A stretch of 64,000 bases of DNA. Source: Octopus sinensis. Taxonomy: Eukaryota. The position numbers were made by a program, and so were the translations under genes. The notes under the pieces are model-generated. The model made no database searches, was not told the origin of the DNA, and was given only the letters and a program-made list of their open reading frames with translations. The stretch is from assembly GCF_006345805.1 (NCBI RefSeq), contig NC_042998.1, positions 61,752,001 through 61,816,000 on the forward strand, written 5' to 3'. Positions 38,050 to 51,078 of this stretch are shown here, in pieces. Positions within the stretch are counted from its first letter, which is position 1; every line of letters begins with the position of its first letter.

Positions 38050-38411
38050 TCTTTTTACTTGTTTCAGTCAATTGACTGCGGCCATGCTGGAGCATCGCCT
38101 TTAGTCGAGCAAATCGACCCCAGGAATTATTCTTTGTAAGCCTAGTACTTAGTCTATCGGTCATTTTTGCGGAACCGCCAAGTTACGGGAACGTAAATAC
38201 ACCAGCATTGGTTGTCAAGTGATTGGGGGGGGGCGACAAACACAGATACACACATATATATATAGATATATACGACGGGTTTCTTTCAGTTTCCGTCTAC
38301 AAGATCCCCTCACAAGGCTTTAGTCGGCCCGAGGCTATAGTAGAAGACTCTTGCCGAAGGTACCACGCAGTGGAACTGAACCCAGAACCATGTGGTTGGT
38401 AAGCAAGCTAC
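38050..38411 (-). mobile_element. SINE family B body (its head is displaced to 40440-40470 by an insertion)
   Basis: The SINE sequence resumes at gtagcttgcttacc on the far side of the 2 kb insert. Confidence 0.85.
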
Positions 38412-40439
38412 ATTATTCCATTATATTTGCCATAAAGGCAGTACATAGAGTGTAGCTTTGCGGGCTGGACAAGAACATTAATGAAGTGAATAATAATGAA
38501 ACGAAGATGATAAGGATGGGAGAAGACAAAAAGCGCCCGCCGACTTTTGCTTCTCTAAAACATTGTTCTTCAGAAAAATACAAAATGAGGTATTAAACCT
38601 CTTACCACAGTTTTTACAATTTAAAACACATAGTTGAGTCAGTTAAGTTCCTTCCTCCCCCACCAGGCTGAACGCTACCCTTAGGCACTGTTCCAGATCC
38701 AGGTCGGGGCCCCAGAACGTAAATCTGAACATGTCCTTCGAGAAGGCGCCCATCACCCTCAACATAGCGACATCCGATATGACCTTCGTAGTCACCTGCG
38801 AAGGCCAATCCTCGTCCTCTGTCCAGTCATCCAGCTTCTCTACGAAGCTCTGTATTGCTCCTCCCTTCTGGAAGAAGATAACAAATTCATCTTTCCTCAT
38901 TCTGGGAGGGGCCTCAGTTTCCTCTGTCAGTGGCACACTCCCCACTGACAAAGTTTCTGGGCATGCCGACAGTTCACCATCAACTGCCGGCGATGTCCCA
39001 TTCTTTTTCTTTCTCCTTTTTCTCTTCTCCTTTACGGCGGGAGGGTGCAGTTCCTCCTTCATGTCCGGAAGTCCTTCCTTCCGTCCAGCCGCCTCAGGAT
39101 CTATAGGTGGGCAACCTTCTTTCTTTTCCCTTTCTTTTTCGAGGAGGTTGCCACCCCTCGTCTTCCTCCCTCTCTCCCTCCAATGGGGGAACAGGGGCTC
39201 TTCTTCTATTAACTGCTCCAGGACTTTTTCTTGGTCCCGGCGGCAGCTTTTCTTTATGTGGCCCAATTCCAGGCACAGGTGACACATGGGTGGCGTCCTT
39301 CAAGGATCACCGGGTACCTGGAACCGGCCATTGTTAAAAAATCTGGCAAAACCAGATCATCGGCTGATTGGGTCCATAGGGTCAAAATTGCTTTCGGCCC
39401 CACCCAATCAGCCGCAGGCAGAAAATAACATTCAAGAGCCTGTTCTGGCTGTCATCCAGACCCCGACGGATAGTGTCTTTTATCCATTCAGGCTCTATTC
39501 CGGGTAGCAGCCCACACACCCAAGCTCTTGTCAATTTTCTGCCTTCATATGTGGGGAGAACAGAATTTTCTTTCCCTCTAACGGTTGGCTCGCAAATTCT
39601 TGAGCCTCTGCAGGGGTATCAAACAGGGATCTCACCGTTGCGTATTTGATACCCCTTGCAATAAATCTAATAGTTGGCAGGTATTCTGCCAACTCCTTTT
39701 CTATTTCTGTGTGCAAGAACACAGCGATGGTGTCGAGGGACCTAGAATACGTCTTCAACACCACCGTTCTCGCATTAAAATTTTTCAACCACTGATTGGG
39801 GGCCACAATTTGTCACTCCAATACAGTGTTTTTAGTTGCATGATGACAAAATACCGCCAATCTAAAAATTGTTCAAAGTAAAAGTTCAAAAACGTTTCAA
39901 ATGAAAAGCCAATAAGCAACTGAAAAAAAAAGAACGGAAAGATAGAGCAAAGAAGAAAGAACGAAGGAAGATAGTTCAATGACAACATAATTCCACCACT
40001 TAGGTAGTCCACACGAATGTAGGTTTGCTGTCGCAGCACAAAAATATCCCAATTTTGGTTTCACACAGCTAAGTGAGACTTTAAACACAAAACACAGCAA
40101 TTTTTCTGTCTGTCCTGGTACTCCAGGCCAAATGGTAATCCTCCTGGCCGAAATAGTCAGAAATAACAAGATTTTCGGAGGGACACGCCTCCCAAAACAA
40201 ACCCCTCACCACCAAGAGAGACCTTAAGCACGACCACTGTCAGACAAATGCATGGAACCCAGTGGAGACCTCTTGTTCGATAAAAAATGAATAATACGAG
40301 CAACAGAACCCCACAAGGTCCCAAAAATTCAGACGTCTTACTTAGTAGTCGTGCTTCAGTATTTCATGCCGCTGACACACACCGACGTGACTTCCACCGC
40401 GAGAAAAAAAAACGCATCCTTTCTGCACTGAAGTAAACG
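38412..40439 (-). mobile_element. ORF1-only non-LTR element (L1/Tx1-like ORF1 with CCHC zinc knuckle), frameshifted
   Basis: ORF starts MAPNQWLKNF (39806), frameshifts, then CHLCLELGHIKKSC (C-X2-C-X4-H-X4-C) and a charged low-complexity tail ending at 38643. No ORF2. 6 bp TSD agctac at 38406-38411 and 40440-40445. Confidence 0.7.
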
Positions 40440-42049
40440 AGCTACTTACCATACAGCCACTCCTGCGCCTATAAATAGATAATTATTGCTGCAACTATCC
40501 TATAACAACGGATTTTTTTGTTCTGATCTATAATTATTCACTAAACTAGTTCTTATAATACACACATGCGTGTACACATATACGCATGCATACACATACA
40601 TCCATACATATGTGTATACGTATACGTATACAAATACAATACATACATACACACATTCATACACACACATATATATATATAAATGGTATTATGTATGTAT
40701 GACATATATATACAGTATGTATGTCTCCGCAACCCGTTATCTGTGTGCGTGCATGTGTGCGCGCGCGTATGTGTATGCGTGTGTGTATGTGTTTGTGCGT
40801 GCGCGTGAGGTAGCGAAAGTGTGCGCACGCAAGTGTGTTTAAGTAATTGGATTTGGGGCGAAGGGGCAGCGCCGAAAATGGTTGCAGAACTTTTTAGAAT
40901 TGTGAGGTTGATGCGCACGAGCTCCTACGCCAACAGGATTTTTTTTTTTTTAAAGCTTTACTCAGAAATCTATTCACGTAAGATGGATTTACTAGAAATT
41001 TCAGGTATACATAACCATATCAAGTGTCCTTCAATTAGCTTCGTGTGCTATAAAAATATTTACATTAGAAGAAAATTAAATAATTTCTTTTTCAAGACAT
41101 TTACCTTCAAACGGACAGCAATTCTTATCTTTGAAGTTGCAATTCCTCAGATTAGATTCGGCACTGTGGTTGCTTGTAATAATTTTCGTGTTATGCTGAT
41201 TAATAAAAGAGGCGAAGTTTTTGCAACAAGAAAACCCTGACCTTTATTGTTCTCCAATTAAAAATTCTATAAATGTTATGGCTAGACTGAAAATTTTAGA
41301 AACCAATTTTAAGAATTCCCTACCTATATTAGTTTTTACGGCAATCTTAAATGCGGGGTTAAACCACAAAACTTTCCTACTTCTAGTTCTACGTGGCCTA
41401 TTATTGTTAGAATTAGCTTGACTATACTGGATCTTCTCTGAGAATCCTATGTGTCTTCTTCCTTGGTCTTCGATTTAAAACTAAAATTTCTAATCCTGCA
41501 AAAAATTTATCTAGGAATTATTATCTCAGTTACTGGCCACCTGCTCACACCTTAATACATGAATAAATTAATATCAAGAAATAGAAAACAAGGTGACATA
41601 AAAATAGCACCCATAGATAATTTATGAAAATGATTAAAGTCTTGAATAATTTCGTTTAAATTACTTCCCTTAAACTTGTGAAAATAAAGAGACTGGCGTT
41701 CTATATTTGATAACATCAAAATTAGAACATTTTAATAATCAGTTTCGCTGTTGCCTTCAGAATTCAGTAAATTTTTCTGTATTTTGTTTTAAAAATAATT
41801 AAAGATCGTTATGTAGAACTAAAATTGCTCAGCTAGGAATTATTATAAATTGTCAATTTCGCAAGAAATTATTCTGAATATTTAAAGAAAAACCAAACAT
41901 GCTGTTATAAAGAAAATTAAATCAAAAAGCTCAACAATTGAAGAATTTGCTTGGAGAAATGATGTTGCTTCATAACATAATGTTGTTATATAACATCAAC
42001 ATTTAGGACTTTTAATGTTAGAGTAATTTGGATGCTGTCTTCAGGATGA

Positions 42050-43070
42050 AACCAATATCTCTACTTTATTTTCAGATTCACAAGAGTAAACTCCTTTTTC
42101 TTCAAAAATAGTCCGCTGCAAATGGTTGCTGTATTTTTGTCACTTCCACGTGTGAAGTTAGTTTTGAAAACGTTTGTAGCTTTTGACATCAAAAATTATG
42201 AAAAATCTTCTCCGTTCTTAAATTCTATAAGTGCTTTACAGTTGGTTCAAGAAGTACTTCTGCCAATTCTTCAGGTTTTTCAAGTACATCATCAATTTTA
42301 CAGTTAAAAAGATTAAAAACCCAACTGACAGAATGTGAATCAAGCTCTTGAAAGTAATCAAAGATCTACGCTTAGAGTATGATAAGATGATATGATAATT
42401 TGGGACTAACTCTTTGATATCACCAATTGTGATATCTTCACAATCTTTCAAGATATCTGCCAATTTCGGGAAAAGGTAGTTATCGTGTTTTGATCCACCG
42501 TCTGGTTCCAGTACAGAAGCTTTGATCCAAATGCTGAAAACCCTTTTCTTACTAAAATGACATTGAGGTTTTTCTTGTGTAATTTCTTTTTCAATATACT
42601 GATGTGCCCAAAGATATGAGGAACATGCCAGTCAGATGGAGTTACTACATTTATTAGTAACTCCAATAGAAAGATTTCAAGTTCAATCCTGAGCACCCTA
42701 AGTCTATTGAGAACATTTTCACGTGTAAGCCACCTCACTTATGTGTTTAAAAACAACTCTCATCATCGTGCAAATCACAGACAACCATCTGTTTAATGCA
42801 TACTCTTTGACAGCATTGATAATGTTGATATGAAATCCTCCAGTTCTGGTTTCCACCACTTCACAACTAATACCCGCCGATAAATCATACAATGAGGAAC
42901 TTCATTTTTAGGGTCCTGCCTCATTGCTAAAACAACAAAACTACTGATACGCCCTAACTTGCTTGAAGGGAAAGATATATAAAAGCAGTCTACCCATTTC
43001 AAATCAATGCTTGAAGACATCAGTTTAAGTAATGTTTTAAAATTTTTATTTAACAACTACGAAGTAAATA
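42050..43070 (-). pseudogene. hAT (Buster/Charlie-type) transposase remnant
   Basis: HCMIYRRVL (HC.IHR motif), SEVRWLTR..VLNRL..LRIEL.IFL, K..AF.SKLLYW; heavily disrupted. Confidence 0.7.
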
Positions 43071-44039
43071 TGTAAATAAAATTTTAATAAAATTATAATT
43101 TAATGCATTTAAGTAATCTGTAGCGAGACCTCCGGCTGAGATTTGAACTATAGCGCTCAGATTTTCGCTAAGGAGAACCATGAGCTGAAGGCAAAGTGTC
43201 GCCATAAAAGATATTAGCGCCTACGTGAATATAGCTCGACTATACAATAAAGTGTGCAAGTTTTCCTGCAAAACAGTCTGACTGAAGATTGTAGAACATT
43301 TGCACCAAAAGTAATAAAAGGTGAGCGAATTCAACTTTAGGCAGAGCTGTCGCAGGCTTATATGGGTCATGTTGCGTTTCCCTTTTATGACACCCTATCA
43401 CTTTTCTTACCTATTCAACCTCAGGCCAGAAAACCATTCAGACGTCTTGGGGAACTATATTGCTTGTCTCAACAAGTTGTTCTTCCTCCCCCTCTTTTAC
43501 TTTTCTTATGTAATATATGTTATACTCGACAAAAGGCACCCACTTTAACTTAAAATATTGAGTAACACATTAATTATATGTAGTGAGTTAAATTCTTTAC
43601 ACTACCTTCATTACACTATCCAGCAAGTTATGTAGTGAATATTCCTGACCGTAATGTTCGTTGAACATTGCTCTAATAATTTATCGATTTGTAAATATCA
43701 CGACACAAGTTAGTAAAATATTTGAAATGTCAATCAAACTTTTGTTTGGTCATTCTCTACACATGCAACCTATCTGACATTGTGAACAGTCCAAAAAATA
43801 CATAACAACCACTCTAAAAAGTAAACAAGTATTTAAAATGTTTTTTTCAATATTTGTAGATTCGTGATTCTACTTTTAAAAATTCAAATATAATTACAGA
43901 TATTATTCCTCTATTACCCTTGGCAATTATTTCGCATGACCTTGTGAGTTACCTAACGTATTTTTAATATTTGGATTGCTTAACGTATTTCATTATGGAA
44001 TCTAATGTTGTTTAATCACATGTGGTGCATGTAAATGTG

Positions 44040-44890
44040 TATGTATGTGTTTAATATTTGGTAGGATGGTGTGTGCATATGTGTGCACGTTTGTGTGTGT
44101 GTATGTGTGTGGTTAATATTTGTTAGGGGGTTGTGTGTGCTAGTGTGTGCATGTGTCTGTTCGCATGTGTGTATGTGTGTGTATATGCGTTTTGTGTATG
44201 TTGGTATTGAGTATGCGTTTGTGTGTGTGTGTGTGTGTGCACATGTGTGTGTTCCATTTGTGAATGATTTGTCTTGTTTGTATTGTTAGTGCAATGTGTG
44301 TGTATACGTGTAGGTGTGTTTGTGTGGGTGTCTGTGTCTTGTATTTGTCGGAGAGGTGCGTGTCATTGTGCGTGTGCATGCTTGTGTGTATGTATGTTTG
44401 TGAATGTTTGTTGTGGTTGTTGTGATTGTAATGTGAGTGTAAGTGTGTTTTTCTTTTGAATGTGTGTGAATGTGAGTGATTTTATTACTGGGGTACGGGC
44501 GTATTGTGTGTGTGTGTACAGGTGTGCATAAATACGTGTGTGTCTGTGTGAATTGTGTTGTAGTTGCGTGTTTGTTTGTGTATCTGTGTATGTGATTTGT
44601 TATTTCGGGATGGTGTGTGTAGGTGCGTGTAGGTATATGCATGTCCGTGTTCACATATGTGTATATGTGTGTGAAAGTGTTGGTTATGGTTGCTAAAATT
44701 ATATTACAAGTGTATATATGTATGTGTTTTTTCTTGGGATGTGTGTGGGTTTTTGCTCTAGTGTAAGGATATTGTGTTTGTGCATGTGTGCTTGCGTTGG
44801 AGGTTGGCATTGTTTGTGTGTGTGTGTGATTTTGTATATCTGTATGTGTTTTTGTGTATGTTTGTTTTGGATGTGTGCCTGGGGGCTATG
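44040..44890 (-). repeat. Degenerate CA-rich low-complexity 3' tail of the adjacent PLE
   Basis: Begins immediately after the GIY-YIG stop; irregular, not a perfect microsatellite. Confidence 0.6.
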
Positions 44891-46925
44891 TTAGAGTATG
44901 TTAAGTTGTGGTCTGTATTTTTGAATAAGATTATTTTCCCTATTTATTCGTGTTTGGTCAGTGGTGTTGTCCGGGCATTGGTATAGTGGGAAAACTAAGA
45001 ATTTGGGGGACTTATTGTGTGCACAGAGGTCTAAATGCCCACTAAGTGGTATCTGTCTTGTGGTGGAATCCCTCAGTTGTTGGCGGTGAACTGTCATCCT
45101 TTCTCTGAGGGTAAGGCTCGTTTGCCCTATGTAGTCTTCGTGGCACCCTTCACACCTTATGACATAGAGTAAATTCTTTGATGCGCAGGTGGAATTATTT
45201 TTTATGACAAAAGTGTGTCCCGACTGGAATTTGTACACTGATCCTTCAATGAGGTGGATGCAAGTTCTGCAGTTGGAACGACCATATTTTTTTGACGGTG
45301 GGCGGTGGGTTTGTGGTGGGTAATTTTGCATTGGTGAGTAGGTTTTTTAGGGATTTGGGTTGTCTTTTGCTTTTTATTATTTTATGGGTTGCCAGTAATT
45401 TTTTTGTTGTATATAATTGTGTAAGCTTCTGCATTTCTTGGATTGTGTGTTGAGCGGTAGGGGAGGCTATTTACCCTACTGTGGGTGTGTTTTGGTTGGT
45501 AATTGATTTGGCCCGTTCTATTCCATTGTCAACTAGTGATGTTGGGTAATGTCTTTCGAGAAGAATTACCTTTAGTTCTCGGAGTCTTTTGTTTCGTGTT
45601 CTATAATTGGAGACAATTGTGCAAATTTTTCTCGCTAAGTTGAAGGGAATAGTTGTCTTTGTGTACTTTGGGTGATTGAAGGTGAACAGAAGGTATTGTT
45701 TGGATCAGTGGGTTTGTAGTGGATGTCAGTTTCAATGTTGGTGCCTTTTTTAATAATGAGAATGTCAAGGAAAGAGAGTTGGTCTTGACTATATTCCATT
45801 GTAAATTGGATGTGGTTGTTGACACTGTTGATAAGGGTTTTGAAGTCAATAAGTTGGTCGAGTGTGTGGGACCATAGGATGAGGCAATCAGCTAAGTAGC
45901 GTTTCCAATTCTCCAACAGATATTTGTGGAAAGACAGGCCGTACTTGTATTTGGATTTTTCATAAACATGTGTTTCCAGGTAGGCCATCACCAGGTTTGC
46001 ATAGGTAGGGGCAACTTTAGTACTCATTGCAGTTCCTGATACCTGTCTGTAGGTGTTATTATTAAAATTCATGAAGTTGTTTTGGAGAATAAATTTTTGG
46101 CTCTCGATGATGAATTCTTTTTTTATTCTTTCCGAACCTCATTGGGATATTTATCTAACCAGAATTTAATGGCTTCCAGTCCATATTCATGTGGGATCGT
46201 AGTGTAAAGGTTTATTATATCAAAGGAGACGATTAAAATGTCTTTATTGGTATGTTTGGGGAGATGATTTAATAGGTCCAGGTCAATACTTGGTATGTGT
46301 TTCAGTATTGGTTTTAGGATGATATCGATAAAGTTGCTTAATCTGTGTGTTTCACAGTTGGGCCTGTGGTACAGTGATGCAGGTTGAAGTGGATTTTTTG
46401 TAAGCTTCGGTAATAATTTTGCTCTTGTGGATTTTTGGAAGCCCATAGAGCGTGCTGGTTTTGCAATTAAAGTTTATGTAGTCGCATTCCTTTGCTGTTA
46501 AGTCATTCCGATGTTGGTAAATGAGTGCCTTCAATTTGGTCAATGTTTTAGATTGTTGGTAGTTGACTACTCTTTTATAGTAGGTAGTATCTTGTAAAAG
46601 GTGAGATACAGAGTTTTTATATTGTTCTGTATTCATAATAACGACAGTACTACCCTTATCTGCTTCCTTTATTGTGATGTCATGATTGTCTCGTAACGTA
46701 TGGATGATTTCCCATTCCCTTTTACTGGTGTTGGGTTTGGGTTTAGGTTGAGAGAATTCACTATAAGGGAAGTTTGAAATGTAGTCGCAACATTTGTCCA
46801 CAGTTTTGTTTCTACCTTTTATGGGATTATAACTGCTTTTGTTACGAACTATTGATTTATCGTTATTGATTTCTTTGTCAAATCTTCCTCTGTGAGGCGT
46901 AATTTTCTGCAAAAGTGAGAGATAT
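44891..46925 (-). mobile_element. Near-complete Penelope-like element (RT + GIY-YIG), decayed
   Basis: IKEADKGSTVVIM, YGLPKIHKS, VSFDIINLY, GTAM.TKVAPTYANL, WKRYL.D, SFLD, CGRSNC..C, YVIRC.GC..DYIG.T..LRERMTVHRQQ..RPQLN. Confidence 0.92.
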
Positions 46926-46939
46926 TATCGTGTATTTCC

Positions 46940-47245
46940 CGACCAAAGCTTTGTGAGTGGATTTGTTAGACGGAAACTGAAAGAAGCTTGTCGTATATAT
47001 GTATATATGTATATGTGTATGTGTGTGTATATATTTGTGTGTCTGTGTTTGTCTTACCCCCAAAATCGCTTGACAACCTATGCTGGAGTGTTTACGTCCC
47101 CGTAACTTAGTGGTTCGGCAAAAGAGACTGATAGAATAAGTACTGGACTTATTTCCTGAATAAGTCCTGGGGGTCGATTTGCTCGATTAAAGGCGATGCT
47201 CCAGCTTGGCCACAGTCAAATGACTGAAGCAAGTAAAAGAATAAA
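46940..47245 (+). mobile_element. SINE family B (5' part replaced by the PLE)
   Basis: ccgaccaaagc.ttgtgagtggatttg..aaactgaaagaag..cagtcaaatgactgaa. Confidence 0.85.
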
Positions 47246-47300
47246 AGAAAATATATATATACATATAAATACACACACACCACACACACACACACACACG

Positions 47301-47379
<79 letters not shown>

Positions 47380-47488
47380 TATATATACTATATATATATA
47401 TATATGCATGCATGTATGTATGTATGTATGTATGTATGTATGCATATATGATAGATCGTTAGCCACTACACACATTTTTTCTGTGTCC

Positions 47489-47524
47489 CTTTCTGTAGAA
47501 GAGCGTAGGCTCGAAACGTAAAAG
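47489..47524 (+). ncRNA. Minimal hammerhead-like motif with CUGUAGA core
   Basis: CUUU CUGUAGA A GAGC GUAG GCUC GAAA CG UA AAAG. Confidence 0.6.
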
Positions 47525-47751
47525 ACTTTTTCTACTCCTGAGCGTTATACTAATACATCTGTTTGTTTTGTACACCACCTGTCTCCGTCTTTTGTTTTTT
47601 TTTCGTAAACTCTCCCTACATATACATATATATTTACGAGCATCTGCTAATATTTTGCGTGTACCACGTCCTCGTGTTGTTGTTTTTTCTTGTGTTTGTT
47701 CTTCGTTTTTTAGGTTTTATTTTTTTATATATACATACATACATATATATC

Positions 47752-47866
<115 letters not shown>

Positions 47867-47910
47867 GGTACTTATATATATCCATAGGCCTCGTCGGAGA
47901 TTATAAAGTA

Positions 47911-47978
<68 letters not shown>

Positions 47979-47981
<3 letters not shown>

Positions 47982-48915
47982 GATGTAGGTACGTACATAT
48001 ATGTTTGTATGTATGCATATATTTTATTTATTACACTATTGTATGACTGAGCGCCTTCGCGTCTATTCGATTCGATTCGTTTCGTTTCGTTTCGTCTCTT
48101 CTTCTTCTCTAAGCTGGTTTTTATATATAATTATGACGCGAACCTCTATAACTCCTTCTTCTCTCTTTCTTTCACCCTCTTTTTCTTTCTTCCTCTCTAT
48201 CTCTCTCTCTCTCTCTCTCTCTCACTCCTCCTCATCTCTCTCACAGCCTGATCTACGAACTTCCTTTCGACGGCTGCCTTGTTCAAGTAAACATGTTTCT
48301 TCCTGCGCTCGTGAAATTTTTTTTATTTTTTCCTCGTCTAGGCTCATAGGCCCTCTTTATTTGTTTTCCTGTCCTGTTTCTATTCCTTATTGTACTGTAT
48401 TTTTTGTAATTGTATCTTATTTTGTATTTGTTTTTAATTGTATTGTTTTTACGTCCTTTTTTGTCACATTTTTGTCACATTTTTTTTCCTTGTTTTTACC
48501 CCTCTGCAAAGGAATTTTATTTTAATTCTTTCGCAGGAAGGACTAGTTCAGCGAGACGTGTTCTGTCCATCCTTCGAAACACGCTGGAGTTGAACTAGGG
48601 ACAGCTGATGAAGGGGATTTTTCCTTGTGTAGTTGTCTTGTACTCTGTTTTTTCGTTGTTAAAAAAATGGTCTGTTCCATGCTGTTTTTACGTTTTCGTT
48701 TCTCGTTGAGTTCTGCGTCTATTTATGGTGTCCTGTACACACGTATATATATTTATATATGCATGTATATATACATGTAGATGTAGGTACGTACATATAT
48801 GTTTGTATGTATGCATATATTTGATTTATTACACTATTGTATGACTGAGCGCCTTCGCGTCGATTCGATTCGATTCGTTTGGTTTCGTTTCGTCTCTTCT
48901 TCTTCTCTAAGCTGG

Positions 48916-48922
<7 letters not shown>
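47979..48922 (+). mobile_element. ~800 bp non-coding unit with ~145 bp direct terminal repeats around a permuted HHR
   Basis: gtagatgtaggtacgtac...ctctaagctggttttt at 47979-48125 and 48777-48922. Confidence 0.75.
48557..48616 (+). ncRNA. Non-circularly permuted hammerhead candidate
   Basis: CGUGU-U-CUGUCC auc CUUC-GAA-ACACG (linker) GGACAG-CUGAUGA-A-GGGG. Confidence 0.6.
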
Positions 48923-49007
<85 letters not shown>

Positions 49008-49293
49008 TTAAAGTGCGTTATAATCTCTGATGTGGCCTATGGACATATACAAATACCCCATTTTTAACTACCTACATCATCAATATAATTGAAAAGTATA
49101 GGCACAGAATATTACTTTTTTCCATAGGGGAAAACAGCTGTAACAATTTATATTAATGTTTAGTTTTTTTTTTATTTTATACTGTAAATATGTATGTTAT
49201 TATGGTTGTAGTTTTGTTAATTAAATAAGACAACATTCTAATATCCTAAAGCTGATAGACCAACTAATGTGTTTCGCAATTTTCTTATTTGTA

Positions 49294-49327
<34 letters not shown>

Positions 49328-49351
49328 TATATTATATATATATACATATAT

Positions 49352-49568
49352 ATAGGAAAATGTGTTGTTGAAAATACACCTAAATTTCAAAAACACGTAA
49401 ATGTATAAAATACTTTTATTTACATATATACCAAAATAGTTTCAACAATATTTTTTGTTTATCAATAGTAAAAGTTTATCATTAGTTTGGTATATATGTA
49501 ATAAATGTATTTTAAACATTTACGAGTTTTTGAAATTTAGGTGCATTTTCAACAAGACATTTTCCTAT
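49352..49568. mobile_element. AT-rich MITE/foldback hairpin
   Basis: ~85 bp imperfect TIRs ataggaaaatg..tacatatatacca / tggtatatatgta..cattttcctat. Confidence 0.65.
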
Positions 49569-49984
49569 TTTTTCCTGCGTGGAACCCCCCCCCCTCTTTT
49601 GTTATATATATATAAACGATATGTTTATATATTTGCATAATTGAATTTTTATTCATCACCTGCTTATTTCTTCTTATTTATCATTGCTTTTTTTTATTTA
49701 TTTCAATTTTCTATTTTAATCTATTTGATCTATTATCTACATTTCTTCTATTACCTATTCTTTGTGAGGGCGCTCGCCCTAGTAGTTAGACTACTTAGGG
49801 TGTTGCACCTATAAAATTGTAGTTTCCATTTCCGGACCTAGCGGTGCGTTAGTTGCATCCCTGAGCGAACCACATCATTTCACATTGGTCCAGGCCACTC
49901 AGTTGTAAATGTGTTCCAGCTAGAGAAGATATATTAACCTTGCGACTGACAAACTTTTTGTTCAGTAAGCTAGGAGGGAGTTCT

Positions 49985-50290
49985 AATCTCGGTCACTTAT
50001 ATGCCATAGAAAGCGGATTAAACCTTATAAGTCCTAATCCCAACATGGCCGTTAAGGTGCAGCTCTAAATACTGCAATGGCTTGGATTTAATATCCACCT
50101 CCAAAAGGCCTGAGAGACCTACATGGGTTGAATGTAGGTGTCTTCAAAACAAAACTGGATCTCCTTGTATCAAGAGCTCTAGAAGTCCCTACCCCACGGC
50201 AGAATAACGCAGATGAAGGCAGTTTCAAGTAGTGATGGTATAGTAAAGCTAGCGGCGGTGCCCCAGTAAGGCCGCAGTTGTTGAGTTGAA
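49985..50290 (+). mobile_element. LINE 3' end fragment
   Basis: cctgagagacctacatg..gaatgtagg.gtcttcaaaacaaaactggatctcc, homologous to 52800-52870. Confidence 0.7.
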
Positions 50291-50551
50291 ACTAGCTAAA
50301 GAGTATACATACATACATACATACATACATACATACATACATACATACATAGAAGTAAATAAGATTAAGTTGAATTAGGTACTTAAGTTGAGACACCAAG
50401 TCAATCCGGTATTATCCGCACAGCTCGAAGTAAAGTGAATAAAATCAAATGTTGCAATAGTGGCAACGGGAAATTATTTCATCCTCTAGCTCTGATAAAA
50501 TTTTGGAAAAATTATATTAATATATTTTGTCTGTTGAAAATCCATATTTCT

Positions 50552-50636
50552 TGCAACAGAAGATGGCACTATATTTAAATCGATGTAATGTTTGCATTGT
50601 TCAATTAAATGGAGCCGCTTGAAACGTCGTATTGCA
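50552..50636 (+). ncRNA. Type I hammerhead, long stem II (U4>A)
   Basis: UGCAA CAGAAGA U GGC...GCU U GAAA CGUCG UA UUGCA. Stem I covaries with the 36.4 kb copy. Confidence 0.55.
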
Positions 50637-50703
50637 TTAATACTTGACACCTTGTTACTTATTTGATTTTATATATATATGTATATACATACATATATAT
50701 ATG

Positions 50704-50788
<85 letters not shown>

Positions 50789-50789
<1 letters not shown>

Positions 50790-51078
50790 TGGACTCTCTC
50801 GCCGACTATGAGGGTTCGGCAATTTTTGCAGAACAACCCACGCATATGATTTTTTATTGTGATCTAATGTTCGTGTATACATAAGCTCACTCCCTTCATC
50901 TAATCGACATTATCTGTACAGGTGCACCGTATGCCACACGTCAGATGACGAAATGATCGCAGAGCAATGTGAAATGAAGTACCTTGCTTAAGAACACAAC
51001 ACAACGTCCGCTCTGGGAATCGAACCCACGATCTCGCAAACTGGAGTACAACACCCTAACCACAAAGATATACGCCTT
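50789..51078 (-). mobile_element. SINE family D
   Basis: Homologous to 36527-36825. Confidence 0.8.

Noticed and set aside
38731-39282. 183-aa plus-strand ORF
   Set aside because: Antisense shadow of the CCHC ORF1 on the minus strand.
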